A DNA stretch of 64,000 bases, taken from contig CAWCMR010000025.1 of the NCBI GenBank assembly GCA_963796685.1, forward strand, positions 1,504,001 through 1,568,000. Direction: 5' to 3'. Numbering within the stretch: position 1 is the stretch's first letter; every line of letters starts with the position of its first letter. Below the pieces are notes generated by a model, which saw only the letters and a list, made by a program, of their open reading frames with translations, was not told where the DNA came from and searched no databases. The position numbers and the translations under genes were made by a program. The stretch comes from an uncultured delta proteobacterium (GTDB lineage Bacteria; Myxococcota_A; Polyangia; Fen-1088). Shown here in pieces: positions 1 to 12,559 of this stretch.

Positions 1-378
1 GTCCAGGGCGTCCCGGTCGCCGTCCGCCGTCCCCAGGTAGGCGCGCACATGGTGAAGTGGCGGCTCGGCGAGCAGGGCATCGTCGTGCAAGAGTGCCAGC
101 AGGTGGCCCTCCACGTGCGCCGTCTGGGCGACCCTGGCGTCCGGTACGGCGCTGTCGACGATGCCGGTCAGGAACTTGCGCAGAAAGGTCGCTTCCAAGT
201 TGGCGGCGATTCCACAGCGTTCGGCCACCTTGAGGCGGAGGAAGGTCTCCACATTACGATTGGGCACCACCACGCGAACGGGAGCCAGCGGCCCCGACCG
301 CGCACGCTCGTCCGCGAGGTTCTGCACGAAGGCTTCCAGCAGCACCTCGGTGCGATGGGACGTGCATACACGGATCAC
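1..378 (-). CDS. recC: Exodeoxyribonuclease V gamma subunit, N-terminal part (runs off window)
   Basis: Manual translation from GTG at 378: MIRVCTSHRTEVLLEAFVQNL...PLAPVRVVVPNRNVETFLRLKVAERCGIAANLE. This resembles the RecC N-terminus (SNRLE...GIAAN). Not in the ORF track. Confidence 0.75.
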   Translation of the reverse strand, partial: MIRVCTSHRTEVLLEAFVQNLADERARSGPLAPVRVVVPNRNVETFLRLKVAERCGIAANLEATFLRKFLTGIVDSAVPDARVAQTAHVEGHLLALLHDDALLAEPPLHHVRAYLGTADGDRDALD

Positions 379-466
379 GGGGCGCAGAATACTCCGCACC
401 GCACACAGGCGATTCGCAGATCGCATAAGAAATCGAGCTTTATCCGATACAGGTTTCCAGTCTTCG

Positions 467-1804
467 ATGTTCGACACAGAAAGAGCTCCATCCGCCAGTC
501 GGCTTACGGCCTACTTCGTGCCCCTCGCGCTTCAGGCCGCATCGCAGAGCTTGAGCTACCCGCTCGTGGCCATGGTGGCCTCGCATGGAGAGGGCGGCGC
601 GTTGAATCTGGCCGGCGTGGCCCAGTCCAACATCGTGATGTTCATGGTCGGGACCCTGGGCTCGGGCTTGGTCACGGCGGGCATGGTGTTCGCCCGCAGC
701 CGACGGGGCTATGCCCGTTTCATCGCCATCAACAACCTGTTGTCGCTGGCCACGGCGCTGATTCAGGCCGCACTGTGCATTCCCGCGGTCGGGCACCTCC
801 TTTTCAGCACCCTGATCGGCTTGCCGGCCTCCATCGAAAGACCGGCCCAGCAGGCGTTTCCCTTCACCATCCTGCTCAACGTCTTGTTCTACGCGCGCAA
901 TCCCTACCAGGTTCTACTTTACAACAACGGCGCTTCCGGTCGCGCCAGTGCCGCGACCTTCGCCCGCATCGGCTTGACCCTGGCGCTCTCGCCGCTGTTC
1001 TGTTCCTGGGGCCTCGTCGGTTCGCGCTGGGCCATGGTGTGCCAGTCCATTCCCGTGGCCCTGGAAACCCTGGTTTCCTGGTGGTACAGCCGGCCGTTCG
1101 TTGCCACGCTGGCCGAGGACATCGTGCCCGCGGCCAGCCGGCGCAAGATTTTGCTCTTCACCCTGCCGCTGTCGCTCGGCGCGTTCTTGACGACCCTGTC
1201 GGGGATGATCCTGGGCGCCGTGATTGCGCGCGCCGGACAACCCGAGCACATGCTGCCCGCGTACTACCTCGCCGTGGGGCTGGCGGGCCCGGCCGCCTTC
1301 GCCGCCAGCCGAGTCGAGAATGTGGTCATTTCGTTCCCGCCGCGCACGCGCGAGGACACGAGCGTGTTGCGCTTTTCAGTGGCGGCCGGCGCCATCTTGT
1401 CGCTTATTCCGCTCGTCTTTCTTTTGCCAGGGCTCGCCCATTGGTACTACGTGGGGATGCAGCGCCTGCCGCCCGCCGACCTGCGGCTGGTCTACACCAC
1501 GTCGCTGCTCTTCATCGGGTTTCCCGTCACGGTCGCCCTGCGTTGCCACCGCGAGGGACTGGCCGCGCTCGAACGTCGCACACCTACCGTCCTGGCCGGC
1601 GACTTCGCATACATGGCTGCGCTGGCCACGACCGCCTCGGTCTGCCTGGCCCTCAAGGTTCCGGGCAACGTCCTCGGCCCGATCGTGGTCGCAAGCAGCA
1701 ACCTGGCCAGCCTGGGCATGCTCGTCCTGCTCTTGCGCGAGAAGCGGGCCGAGGCCGAATCTCCGGTGGTGCCGGTTGCCGGCCAAGAGGGGTACGAGGG
1801 CTGA
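467..1804 (+). CDS. Multi-pass membrane protein, MATE/MOP-like transporter
   Basis: About 12 hydrophobic segments; start taken at MFDTER (467) within ORF 161..1804. Confidence 0.55.
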   Translation: MFDTERAPSASRLTAYFVPLALQAASQSLSYPLVAMVASHGEGGALNLAGVAQSNIVMFMVGTLGSGLVTAGMVFARSRRGYARFIAINNLLSLATALIQAALCIPAVGHLLFSTLIGLPASIERPAQQAFPFTILLNVLFYARNPYQVLLYNNGASGRASAATFARIGLTLALSPLFCSWGLVGSRWAMVCQSIPVALETLVSWWYSRPFVATLAEDIVPAASRRKILLFTLPLSLGAFLTTLSGMILGAVIARAGQPEHMLPAYYLAVGLAGPAAFAASRVENVVISFPPRTREDTSVLRFSVAAGAILSLIPLVFLLPGLAHWYYVGMQRLPPADLRLVYTTSLLFIGFPVTVALRCHREGLAALERRTPTVLAGDFAYMAALATTASVCLALKVPGNVLGPIVVASSNLASLGMLVLLLREKRAEAESPVVPVAGQEGYEG

Positions 1805-1908
1805 CGCTTCAGCCCCTTCGTGGCGGAAGGCGTCCTGCGACCTAGACCACTCGCCAAAACGCGACCCAAGGCGTATTCTAATAGTCCCAATTATCTGAAG
1901 GAAGTCGC

Positions 1909-2415
1909 ATGCAGATCGCAGAAAGAACCGTCGTCACCATCCATTACACGCTGACCGATACCAAGGGCACCGTGCTCGACTCCTCGGAGGGGCCGGAGAG
2001 TGGCGAACCGCTTTCCTACGTGCACGGCTCGGGCATGATCGTTCCCGGTCTGGAAGAGGCGTTGCTCGGCAAGTCGGAAGGGGATCACGTCAAGGTCACC
2101 ATCGGGCCCGAGGGCGGCTACGGCCCGCGCGAGGAGAAGTTGGTGGAAAAGCTTTCGCGCGAGGAGTTCCCCTCGGGCGAGATCGAAGTCGGCATGCACT
2201 TCCGCTCCCACGGACCCCACGGGGCGCGCGTGCTGACGGTGGTGGCCACCGACGCAGACACGGTCACGGTGGACGGCAATCACCCCCTGGCGGGCGCCAC
2301 CCTCAACTTCGACGTCAAGGTCATCGGGGTGCGCGAAGCCACGGCCAAAGACATACACGGCGACGACCACGGCGACCACGACTGCAGCAGCTGCCACGGT
2401 TGCGGCAGCCACTAG
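1909..2415 (+). CDS. slyD: FKBP-type peptidyl-prolyl isomerase SlyD
   Basis: VDGNHPLAG motif, His/Cys-rich C-terminal tail, GAAGGA RBS. Confidence 0.92.
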   Translation: MQIAERTVVTIHYTLTDTKGTVLDSSEGPESGEPLSYVHGSGMIVPGLEEALLGKSEGDHVKVTIGPEGGYGPREEKLVEKLSREEFPSGEIEVGMHFRSHGPHGARVLTVVATDADTVTVDGNHPLAGATLNFDVKVIGVREATAKDIHGDDHGDHDCSSCHGCGSH

Positions 2416-2425
2416 CAATTCGGGT

Positions 2426-3919
<1,494 letters not shown>

Positions 3920-3976
3920 GCGGGCGCAGTCTAACGCCTTTTCGTCCAGCGCGCAGCGTCTGCTTGTCCGGTCGGT

Positions 3977-5098
3977 CTAGTCGTCCCCTTTGGACAGGGC
4001 CTTGCCCCCGCGCTGGTATTTGACCACGGCGGCCTCATGCTCGGCGATGGTAGCCGAGAAGTGGTGGGTGCCGTCGTTCTTGGCCACGAAGTAGAGGTAG
4101 TTGCTGCCGTCGGGCCGGAACACGGCGGCCAGGGCCGCGCGCCCGGGGTTGGCGATGGGGCCGGGCGGCAGGCCCTCGTGGGTGTACGTGTTGTACGGGT
4201 TGGCCGTGTCGTCGAGCTGGATGCGTCGGATGCGGCCATCCCACTTCTCGCAGGCTGGCGACTTCGTGCCGAGAAACAGCGGCGCCACGGTGCAGCCGTA
4301 GACGATGGTCGGATCGGTTTGCAGCAGCTTGGGCCGGAAGCTGGATTTGACCAGGCGGTTGATGAAGACCTGGGCGATGCGTGGCCGCTCCTCGGGCCGG
4401 CCGGTTTCCTTCTCTACGATGGAGGCCAAGGTCACGATGGCGGCATCGTCGAACTTCAGTTTCGTGCGAAGGTAAGTCGCGACCGTGGGATTGGCCGCGC
4501 GCAGCTCCTCGAAGACCTGGCGGTGACGCCTGACCATGGCGGTCAGCACGCGGCTGGCCTGCGAGTGCGGGCGCAGCTTGTAGGTATCCGGGAAGAGATA
4601 GCCTTCGAGGGATCGGCCGGGCAAGTCCAGGCTCTTGACGAAGATGGGATCCATGGCCAGGGCCAGGAGCTCGGCCTTGTTGGCGATCCCGGCGGCGTCG
4701 AGAATCTCGGCCACCTCGATCATGTTCTTGCCCTCGGGGATGGTGACCGCCACCAGCTCGTCGGCCACGCCCTTGACGATCAGGTCCACGAGCTGGCGCG
4801 GCGTGATGGGCGCCTGGATCTTGTAGTGGCCGGGACGGAAGCGGCTGGCGGCGCCGCGCTGGCCGGCGTAAAGCCGAAAGAACGCGGGCCGCTCGATGAG
4901 CCCGGCTTCGCCCAAGAGCTCGGACACCTTCTGCGCGCCGGCGCCGCGCGGGATCTCGACATCCACGGTGCCCCTGGCCGATCCCGTGGCCCGGTCGGGA
5001 TAGGTGGCGATCTTGTGCACCAGCCAGGCCCCGCACACAAGTCCCAGCCCGGTGGTGACGAGGAAAACCTGAAAGGCTCGGCGGCGGGGCGAGGTCAT
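3977..5098 (-). CDS. mltG: Endolytic transglycosylase MltG
   Basis: LEGYLFPDTY, LASIVEKE, LQTDPT, YNTY..GLPPGPIANPG, YLYFV. Confidence 0.95.
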   Translation of the reverse strand: MTSPRRRAFQVFLVTTGLGLVCGAWLVHKIATYPDRATGSARGTVDVEIPRGAGAQKVSELLGEAGLIERPAFFRLYAGQRGAASRFRPGHYKIQAPITPRQLVDLIVKGVADELVAVTIPEGKNMIEVAEILDAAGIANKAELLALAMDPIFVKSLDLPGRSLEGYLFPDTYKLRPHSQASRVLTAMVRRHRQVFEELRAANPTVATYLRTKLKFDDAAIVTLASIVEKETGRPEERPRIAQVFINRLVKSSFRPKLLQTDPTIVYGCTVAPLFLGTKSPACEKWDGRIRRIQLDDTANPYNTYTHEGLPPGPIANPGRAALAAVFRPDGSNYLYFVAKNDGTHHFSATIAEHEAAVVKYQRGGKALSKGDD

Positions 5099-5175
5099 GG
5101 ATTCCTTTCTAAGTAAGAACCCTCGAAGGGTTCTTACCAACTCCCGCGATGAGTGACGTCGGGCAAAGCCCGCCT

Positions 5176-5613
5176 TCACTCACGCGAGTCCTCTGTTTTA
5201 CCCCGATTGGCGTCGAGCCAGCGCTGCAAGATGACGGCGGCGGCCATTTTGTCGACCACCTGTTTGCGCCGCGCGCGCGACACGTCGGCGGCCAGCAGCA
5301 CCGCCTCGGCCTCGACGGTGCTGAAGCTTTCGTCGACCAGCTCGACGGGTACGTGCAAGGCCGCGCGCAACTTGTCGCCGAACACCCGCGCGCGCCCGGC
5401 GGCCGGCCCCTCCTGCCCTTCGCAGTCGAGCGGCAGGCCGAGCACGATGCGATCGGCCTCGGCATCCTTGACGGCCGCAGCGATGGCGTCGATGTCGCGC
5501 ACGCCCCCGTGGCGCGCGATGGTCGCGCGTGGTTGGGCGAAAAGTCCCAGTCCGTCCGACACCGCGACGCCGATGCGGCGCGAGCCGAGGTCGATGCCAA
5601 GCACTCTGGCCAT
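5176..5613 (-). CDS. ruvX: Holliday junction resolvase-like RuvX/YqgF
   Basis: LGIDLGSRRIGVAVSD, VDESFST, VDKMAAAVILQ; usual position upstream of mltG. Confidence 0.93.
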   Translation of the reverse strand: MARVLGIDLGSRRIGVAVSDGLGLFAQPRATIARHGGVRDIDAIAAAVKDAEADRIVLGLPLDCEGQEGPAAGRARVFGDKLRAALHVPVELVDESFSTVEAEAVLLAADVSRARRKQVVDKMAAAVILQRWLDANRGKTEDSRE

Positions 5614-5657
5614 GAAAGGTTCCTAGTCTATAACCGGACTTGCGGTACAACTTCCAC

Positions 5658-5961
5658 ATGTCCGACCAACCCAAAGTCCCGGCCAACGCCCCCCAGCTGC
5701 AGATTCGAGCTCGACGACGCCACGGCCCAGGGGGCCTATTGCAACCTGGTCTTCCTCAACCACAACGACGCCGAATTCACCTTCGACTTCGTCTACGTGC
5801 AGCCCGGCGGGCCGCGCGCGCGCGTTCGTTCGCGCATCATCCTTTCCCCGCGTCATGCCAAACGCTTCCTGCGCGCCCTCGAAAACAACGTCAGCCGCTA
5901 CGAGCAGGTCTTCGGCAAAATCGACGAAGGCGCGACCGTGGATCCGGCGACGGTCAGCTAG
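5658..5961 (+). CDS. DUF3467-like protein; apparent +1 frameshift near 5703
   Basis: MSDQPK..PQLQ joins ELDDATAQGAYCNLVFLNHNDAEFTFDF..RIILSPRHAKR in another frame. Confidence 0.7.
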
Positions 5962-5974
5962 CTACTCCTGGTTC

Positions 5975-6877
5975 CTAGTTATAGGTCGCCGAGAAGAGCA
6001 GCGATACGGCGGTGGCCGTCATTCTGGCGTCGACCTGCTTCATCTTCATGGAGGCGACGTGGAGCATGCCGGCGACCCCGAGCCCCCAGTTGCTGGACAC
6101 CCACCACTCCTTGCCGACCTTGAAGCTTGCCCCGACGCCCAGGTCGGTCAGGTCGACGCTGTTATTCGAGCTGTTCGAGCTGTTCGAATTGTTGTTGCTT
6201 TCCGTGACCTGGGACAGCGCCAGGGTTCCGGACAGGTACAGATTCGACGGCAAGAAATAGTAGGTGACCCCAGGCCCGATCCCGAACAAGGCCAGGTCAT
6301 ACCCGAGAGATTGGGATCCCTGGCCATAGTCGAGCGTCGGATTGGATGCCATGGTCATCAACATCTCGCCGTAAAACACCAGATTGGGGGTCACGGCCCC
6401 GCCGAAGGCGAAGGTCATGGTCAAGCCACCGCCTGAGATGGTCTCATCCTGGCCGGCGTAGCTGAACTTCGTGTTCAGGTAACCGAGGCCGCCAGTCAGA
6501 CGCATATAGAATCCGTCGTGAAGGTGGTATCCCGGCGGCGGCCCCAGGTCCTGTCGTGGGTAATAGCCAGGTGGAGGCAGGTAACCCGGTGGCGGATAGT
6601 AGCCGGGCGGCGGGTAGTAGCCGGGCGGCGAGTAGTAGCCGGGAGGGGAGCCATAGCCGGGCGGTGGGTAATAGGTAGGGGGCGGTGCGGTGGCTGGCGG
6701 TTGGGCTAACACCCCTGGCGGCGTGGCCGAGGGGACCGTGGCGGCTTGCGGCGCGGCCGTGGCGGACGCGGTGTTGGCGGGCTCGGGCAGGGGCTGAGCA
6801 AGGGCGGACGCGGTCGCCACGCACAGCCACGCCGTGGATATCCCGGCAATGCTCACAAATCTGGGCTTCGGGGTCAT
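5975..6877 (-). CDS. Secreted/outer-membrane beta-barrel protein with PPPGYY repeats
   Basis: Signal peptide, Pro/Tyr repeats, amphipathic beta strands ending FSATYN. Confidence 0.7.
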   Translation of the reverse strand: MTPKPRFVSIAGISTAWLCVATASALAQPLPEPANTASATAAPQAATVPSATPPGVLAQPPATAPPPTYYPPPGYGSPPGYYSPPGYYPPPGYYPPPGYLPPPGYYPRQDLGPPPGYHLHDGFYMRLTGGLGYLNTKFSYAGQDETISGGGLTMTFAFGGAVTPNLVFYGEMLMTMASNPTLDYGQGSQSLGYDLALFGIGPGVTYYFLPSNLYLSGTLALSQVTESNNNSNSSNSSNNSVDLTDLGVGASFKVGKEWWVSSNWGLGVAGMLHVASMKMKQVDARMTATAVSLLFSATYN

Positions 6878-7066
6878 CACTGCTCCAGTCGCGCGACCAA
6901 GGGTCGTCACCATCCTACTATGACGACGGCACGATCGCGCGTAAGCCGCGAGAGTCAGAATGTATACTACATATATTTTCGTTTGACAGCTTACTATTTA
7001 TATACGATAGTAAAATTCGTGTGCTGTCTTCTACGGGTGCCTGGGCAAGCAAGAGGAGCGGAGCCA

Positions 7067-8996
7067 ATGGAGCGCGAGAGGTTGTTTTCGAGGGGGGCGC
7101 TGGGCTGGCTTCTCATTCTTTCCAGCGCGGTAGGATGCGAGCCCGCTGGCTTGAACGCCGACGATTCCACTGCCTCGTCCGAGCTCGCCGGACCTCCTGA
7201 AGGCTGGACCAGGGTCGAGCCATCCATCGCCGCGGATGTGCAGGCCGGCCGGCCGCGCGAGGTCATCGTGATGTTGGCCGACGAGCCGGTGCGCCTGCGC
7301 CGGGCGGCTTTTCGCATGACCATCCCGAGCGATTCCTTCGACGCGTACCTGGGCAGCGTGAAGGCGGATCTCGACAGCGTGAAGGACGGCGTGTTAACGG
7401 CCGCGTCCGGCCGCCTGATAACGCTACACAGCTACGACCAGCTCCCGGTCATGCACGTGCGCGTCGACTCACCCGAGGCCTTGGCTGCCTTGGAGTCGAA
7501 CACCGACGTGGTGGCCGTGGTCGAGGATCGGGCCATGCAGGCCTTTGGCAATGTCCCCGCGGACCTTGTCCAGGTGGGGCAACCCGCGGCCGCCGCGGCC
7601 GGAAAGCTGGGGGCCGGCACCACGGTTGCCGTTCTCGACACGGGAACGGACTACAAGCGCGCCCCCTTCAAATGCACCGCCCCCGGCGTCCCTGCGGCCT
7701 GCCCGGTGATCTTCGCCAAGGACTTCGCCGTCGACGACAAGGCCCTCGACACCGGCAGCTTTCACGGCACGAACGTATCGGGCATCGTGTTGTCCATGGC
7801 CCCTGCCGCCAAAATCGCCGCCCTCGATGTCTTCGATGGCGATTGGGCCTATACCTCCAGCATCTTGGCGGCCATCAACTGGTGCGTGCAGAACAAAGCC
7901 AAATACCACATCGTTTCCATCAACATGAGCCTGGGCGGGGGGGCTTTTCTCCGCACCGTGCGGCTACGATCCGTTCGCCCCGTCCATCGCGGCGGCGCGT
8001 GCCGCCGGGATCTTGTCCGCCGTCGCCTCGGGAAACTCGGCCTCGTCCACGGGCATCGCCAGCCCGGCTTGTGCGCCAGCCGCGGTCTCGGTGGGCGCGG
8101 TCTACTCCGCGAACGTCGGCGCTCTGAGCACCTCGGTGTGCAGAGACGCCACGAGCGCAGCCGACCAGGTCGCGTGCTTTTCCAACTCGGCCTCGTTCCT
8201 GACCGTTCTTGCTCCGGGCGTGGGCATCACCGCTGCCGGCATCACCATGTCCGGGACCTCGCAAGCCACACCGCACGTGGCTGGCGCCATCGCCGTGCTG
8301 GCGTCGGCGCAACCCAGCGCCGGACCGGATGCGCTGGTGGCCCGCCTCACGACCTCGAACACCCCGATCCTGGATAGGCGCAACAGCGTCACCACGCCGC
8401 GCCTGGATCTTGGGGCTGCCCTCGCCCTTGCGCCCGCGCCCACCGGCCAAGTCGTCATCAACGGAGGCGCCAAGTACACCCAATCGACCGTCGTGACCGT
8501 CGACGTCACCACTACCACGGGCACAGCGGCCCAGGTTTGTCTGAGCGCGACCACGACTTGCAGCGCTTGGAAGACGTTCGCGACCTCCGTGGCGTGGACG
8601 CTGGCTTCCGGAAACGGCGTCAGGACTGTCTACGTCTGGTGGAAGAGCTCCGACGGTGCGGCCTCCGAGGCCCCGGTATCGGCCGCCATCACCCTCGACA
8701 CGACTGCGCCGACCAACGGAACCTTGACCGGCACGCTGTCGGGCAACGTGGCCACCCTGACCTGGAACGGAGCCAAGGACACCGGCTCGGGCCTGGCCTC
8801 CTACAAGCTCGTGGCTCTGACGGGCAGCGCACCCAAGAACTGTTCCTCGGGCACCCCGCTCTATGCCGGCACGGCGACCACCTTTACGACCGCCGCGTTG
8901 CCCGTGGGCACGACCTACTTCCGCCTGTGCGCCGTGGACAATGTGGGCAACCTCAGCGCCGGCATCCTGGCAGCGACCAAGATCACAGGCAAGTAG
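7067..8996 (+). CDS. S8 subtilase; frameshifted near 7940
   Basis: VAVLDTG, HGTNVSG and INMSLGG in one frame; ASGN and SGTSQATPHVAG in the next; the break lies in a G7/T4 run. Confidence 0.85.
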
Positions 8997-9013
8997 CCCT
9001 CCGGGCAAAACAA

Positions 9014-9046
9014 AAGGGCGTGCCGGCTCGTGGCCAACACGCCCTT
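9014..9046. terminator. Hairpin between convergent genes, probable terminator
   Basis: AAGGGCGTG...CACGCCCTT inverted repeat preceded by an A-rich run. Confidence 0.5.
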
Positions 9047-9067
9047 GGGCGTTTCGTTGCGAAACGA

Positions 9068-9757
9068 TTAGTCGGTGTAGAAGAAGAGCGAGCCGAGGTA
9101 GTTCACGTTGTTGACCGCAAAGTCCACGGTCCAGGGAGTTCCTTGCTTCTGGAAGTCGATGAAGCTGAAGCCTGCGGAAACACCCATCGAGAACCAGCGC
9201 GCAAAGAAGTGCTCCACGCCGACTTGGACGGGAACGAAGATCTCGATTTGCGTGGCAGTCTGATCTCCGCCCGGGAAGAGCGGCGTAGCCTGGTTCTTCG
9301 CAAAGCCCAAGCCAAGGCCGACGCCTGCGCTCAATCGAGTCGAGGCACCCTTGAGCAGAGTGAAATCGGCGAGCACCGAGGGCTTGAACCTCCAGGCCGT
9401 ATCCGCGCCCTTCGCCTTGAAGATGTTCAGGTCGAGGCGTGGGATGATCGCCATGGCATCGCTCATCCAGTACTTCATTGCAACGGTATCGTCGGTCTTG
9501 ACGACGCTGCTGCCGGCAACTACGCCGACGCCGAAGCCGACCGAGCCGGTCATGTCGTCAGAGGCCTTGGGGGCCATCACGGGAGCTGCCGGCATCACCG
9601 GCATCGCTTCCTGGGCCGGAGCTGGCGCCATCATGGGAGCCGGAGCCGGCGCATACATCGGGGCCGGGGCCGGGGCCTGCGCGAAGGCAGGGACCGCTGC
9701 GCCGAGAAGCGATGCAACTGCAGTCGAGGAGATGAGAAAGAGTCTCGTACGTGTCAT
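9068..9757 (-). CDS. Outer-membrane beta-barrel-like protein
   Basis: Signal peptide, APA-rich linker, beta strands ending FFYTD; AAGGA RBS. Confidence 0.65.
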   Translation of the reverse strand: MTRTRLFLISSTAVASLLGAAVPAFAQAPAPAPMYAPAPAPMMAPAPAQEAMPVMPAAPVMAPKASDDMTGSVGFGVGVVAGSSVVKTDDTVAMKYWMSDAMAIIPRLDLNIFKAKGADTAWRFKPSVLADFTLLKGASTRLSAGVGLGLGFAKNQATPLFPGGDQTATQIEIFVPVQVGVEHFFARWFSMGVSAGFSFIDFQKQGTPWTVDFAVNNVNYLGSLFFYTD

Positions 9758-9953
9758 TGATTTCCTTCTTTCGGTTGATGGGATGAGTTGAAGTCTTGCG
9801 ACCTGCTTTGACGCGTCCATGTGTCCTACATCAACACACATGCGTATTTTCTAGCCTGATTCCTGGTAACTGTCACGTTTCCAGAATGACGCCAGGTTTC
9901 TAGGGCCTGGGTGACCTGCGTCGGTCGGTCCAGGCTACGTCGGTCGGTCCGGG

Positions 9954-10568
9954 CTACGCGAAGTTGCCGAAGTAGCCGAGCAACTTGGCTCGGGCTTTCA
10001 CCTGCTCCGCGGCTTCGAGTAGCTCCGCGGTCGAATCCCAGCGACCCGTGAGGAACTGCTGGCGCATGCCATCGGCCATCTCGAACGAATAGGTCTTGCC
10101 CGCAGCCGCGATCGACTTGTCCGCCAGACTTACTTGGATAGCTGTCGCCGGATTGGATTCGACCGCGGCCATCAGCGCCTCGGCCACGTCCTGCGAGACC
10201 TTGCAGCAGGGCATGCCGATGGCCACGCAGTTGCCGATGAAGATCTCGGCGAAGCTCTCGCCGAGGACGACCTTGATGCCCCAGCGGTGGATGGCCTGTG
10301 GCGCGTGCTCGCGCGACGAACCGCAGCCGAAGTTCTTGTTCACCAGCAGCACGCTCGCCCCGTGGTAGGCCTTGTTGTCGAAGGCGTGGCAGCAGCCGCT
10401 GGCGGCGAGCTGGGCGCGGTCATCCTCGAAGGCGTGCTCGCCCAGACCGTCGAACACGACGGTGCGCAGGTAGCGCGCGGGGATGATGCGGTCGGTGTCG
10501 ATGTCGTTGCCGCGCAGGGGAATCGCCCGGCCGGTGAAGAGATTGCGTTTGACGTCTTCCATGATCAT
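9954..10568 (-). CDS. leuD: 3-isopropylmalate dehydratase small subunit
   Basis: [25 protein letters not shown]. Confidence 0.95.
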   Translation of the reverse strand: MIMEDVKRNLFTGRAIPLRGNDIDTDRIIPARYLRTVVFDGLGEHAFEDDRAQLAASGCCHAFDNKAYHGASVLLVNKNFGCGSSREHAPQAIHRWGIKVVLGESFAEIFIGNCVAIGMPCCKVSQDVAEALMAAVESNPATAIQVSLADKSIAAAGKTYSFEMADGMRQQFLTGRWDSTAELLEAAEQVKARAKLLGYFGNFA

Positions 10569-10572
10569 CTCC

Positions 10573-11988
10573 TTAGCGAATATCGAAAACCTTGCGCGCG
10601 TCCGCGACCTGGCCGGTGACGGCCGCGGCGGCCACCATGAGCGGGCTCATGAGCAGGGTGCGCCCCTGCGGCGAGCCCTGCCGGCCCTTGAAGTTGCGGT
10701 TCGACGACGAAGCACAAATTTCCCGGCCCTTGAGCTTGTCCGGGTTCATGGCCAGGCACATCGAGCAGCCGGCCTCGCGGAACGCGAAGCCGGCGTCGGC
10801 GAAGACCTTGTCCCAGCCACGCGCCAGCATGTCGTTGCGCACCTGCTCGGAACCCGGCACCACCAGGGCGCGCACGTTGGCCTGCACCTTGTGCTTGCCG
10901 GACCGAAGGACTTTGACCACCTCTTCGAAGTCGGACAGGCGGCCGTTGGTGCACGAGCCGATGAAGGCCACGTCGATCTTGGTGCCCGCGATGGGCTGGC
11001 CGGGCGAAAAGTCCATGTACGCGTAGGCCTCGCGTACGGATTCGCGCTCGTCTTCCTTGAAGGCGTCGACGGAGGGAATGGCCGCGTCCACGGCCACCGA
11101 TTGCGCGGGCTTGATGCCCCAGGTGACCACGGGCGGGATGTCCTCGGCCTGGATGCGAACCACGTCGTCGAACTTGGCGCCCGGATCGCTCTTGATGCTG
11201 TCCCAGTACGCAAGCGCGCGCTCCCACGCGGCGCCCTTGGGCGCGTACTCGCGGCCCTTCAAGTAGTCGTAGGTCGTCTGATCGGGATTCACGTACCCGC
11301 AGCGCGCGCCGCCCTCGATGCTCATGTTGCAGACGGTCATGCGCTCGTCCATGGTGAAGCGGTCGAACACCTCGCCGGCGTACTCGTAGGCGAAGCCCAC
11401 GCCGCCGTTCACGCCCAGCTTCTGGATGACGTAGAGGATCACGTCCTTGGCGTACACGCCGGGCCGCAGGTGTCCGTTCACCTCGATGCGCCGGACTTTG
11501 AGCTTTTCCATGGCCAAGGTTTGCGTCGCCAGCACGTCGCGGATCTGCGAGGTGCCGATGCCGAAGGCCAGGGCGCCGAACGCGCCGTGGGTGGCGGTGT
11601 GCGAATCGCCGCAGCAAATGGTCATGCCGGGCTGGGTGAGGCCACGCTCGGGGCCGACCACGTGCACGATGCCGTTCTCGTTCGCCGTGGGCGAGAAGAA
11701 GCGGATGCCGAAGTCCTTCACGGATTTCTCCAGGCTTTGCAGCATCTCTTCGGCGATGGTGTCCTGGTAGGGGCGCAGCTTGGTGTGCGTCGGCACGATG
11801 TGATCCACCGTGGCAAAGGTCCGCTCGGGGAACATGACCCGAAGCTTGCGCTCGCGGATCATGGCGAACGCCTGCGGCGAGGTGACCTCGTGCAGAAGGT
11901 GCAGGCCCATCAGCAACTGGGCTTGCCCCGACGGCAGCTGGCGGACGACGTGCTTGTCGAAGACCTTTTCGTACAGTGTTTGGGCCAT
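10573..11988 (-). CDS. leuC: 3-isopropylmalate dehydratase large subunit
   Basis: [40 protein letters not shown]. Confidence 0.96.
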   Translation of the reverse strand: MAQTLYEKVFDKHVVRQLPSGQAQLLMGLHLLHEVTSPQAFAMIRERKLRVMFPERTFATVDHIVPTHTKLRPYQDTIAEEMLQSLEKSVKDFGIRFFSPTANENGIVHVVGPERGLTQPGMTICCGDSHTATHGAFGALAFGIGTSQIRDVLATQTLAMEKLKVRRIEVNGHLRPGVYAKDVILYVIQKLGVNGGVGFAYEYAGEVFDRFTMDERMTVCNMSIEGGARCGYVNPDQTTYDYLKGREYAPKGAAWERALAYWDSIKSDPGAKFDDVVRIQAEDIPPVVTWGIKPAQSVAVDAAIPSVDAFKEDERESVREAYAYMDFSPGQPIAGTKIDVAFIGSCTNGRLSDFEEVVKVLRSGKHKVQANVRALVVPGSEQVRNDMLARGWDKVFADAGFAFREAGCSMCLAMNPDKLKGREICASSSNRNFKGRQGSPQGRTLLMSPLMVAAAAVTGQVADARKVFDIR

Positions 11989-11990
11989 GG

Positions 11991-12467
11991 TTACACTTCC
12001 TTCTTCTTCTCTCCGTACTGCTCCAGGTGATTGGAAAGCTGGGTGCCGAACGTCACGAAGCTCTCTACCAGGTGGGGGTCAAGTTTGAGCCAGATCTTTT
12101 CGATGGCCACCTCGCGCTCTTTGCGCAGGGTCTGCATGATGCGCTTGCCCTTGGCGGTCAAGACGTAGGCGCGCTGGCGGCCGTCGGATTTGGACAGCGT
12201 CACGCTGACCAAGTCCTTGTCGAGGAGCTGGCGCAGGGTCTTGGAGACCGCGGCGGCCGAGCTGTCGCGGGTCTTGGCGAACATGCTCGGCATGAAATGC
12301 TCGCGCGAGATCTCCTCGAGCACGCCCCACTGCCCGTCCGAAAGCCCCACCGACAGGGCCAGCTGCTCGCGGCGGCGGCGAAAGGCGTCGGCCAGACGGC
12401 CGAGACAAGCGATGGCCTGGTGGACCAGGACCACCTCCGGCGCGCCCGCGGGCTGCTTGCTTGCCAT
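11991..12467 (-). CDS. MarR family transcriptional regulator
   Basis: Winged-HTH pattern [23 protein letters not shown]; directly upstream of leuC. Confidence 0.85.
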   Translation of the reverse strand: MASKQPAGAPEVVLVHQAIACLGRLADAFRRRREQLALSVGLSDGQWGVLEEISREHFMPSMFAKTRDSSAAAVSKTLRQLLDKDLVSVTLSKSDGRQRAYVLTAKGKRIMQTLRKEREVAIEKIWLKLDPHLVESFVTFGTQLSNHLEQYGEKKKEV

Positions 12468-12473
12468 GGGACA

Positions 12474-12503
12474 ATAGTTAACCATGGTTAACTATAAAGT
12501 CAA
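12474..12503 (-). promoter_or_regulatory. Perfect 22-bp palindrome (probable MarR operator) overlapping a promoter
   Basis: ATAGTTAACCATGGTTAACTAT at 12474-12495; TTGACT on minus strand at 12498-12503. Confidence 0.7.
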
Positions 12504-12559
12504 GCAGCAGACTGCTGATGAGGGCACGGAGGCAGAGGAGGTCGCAGAGGCCGCTGTTC

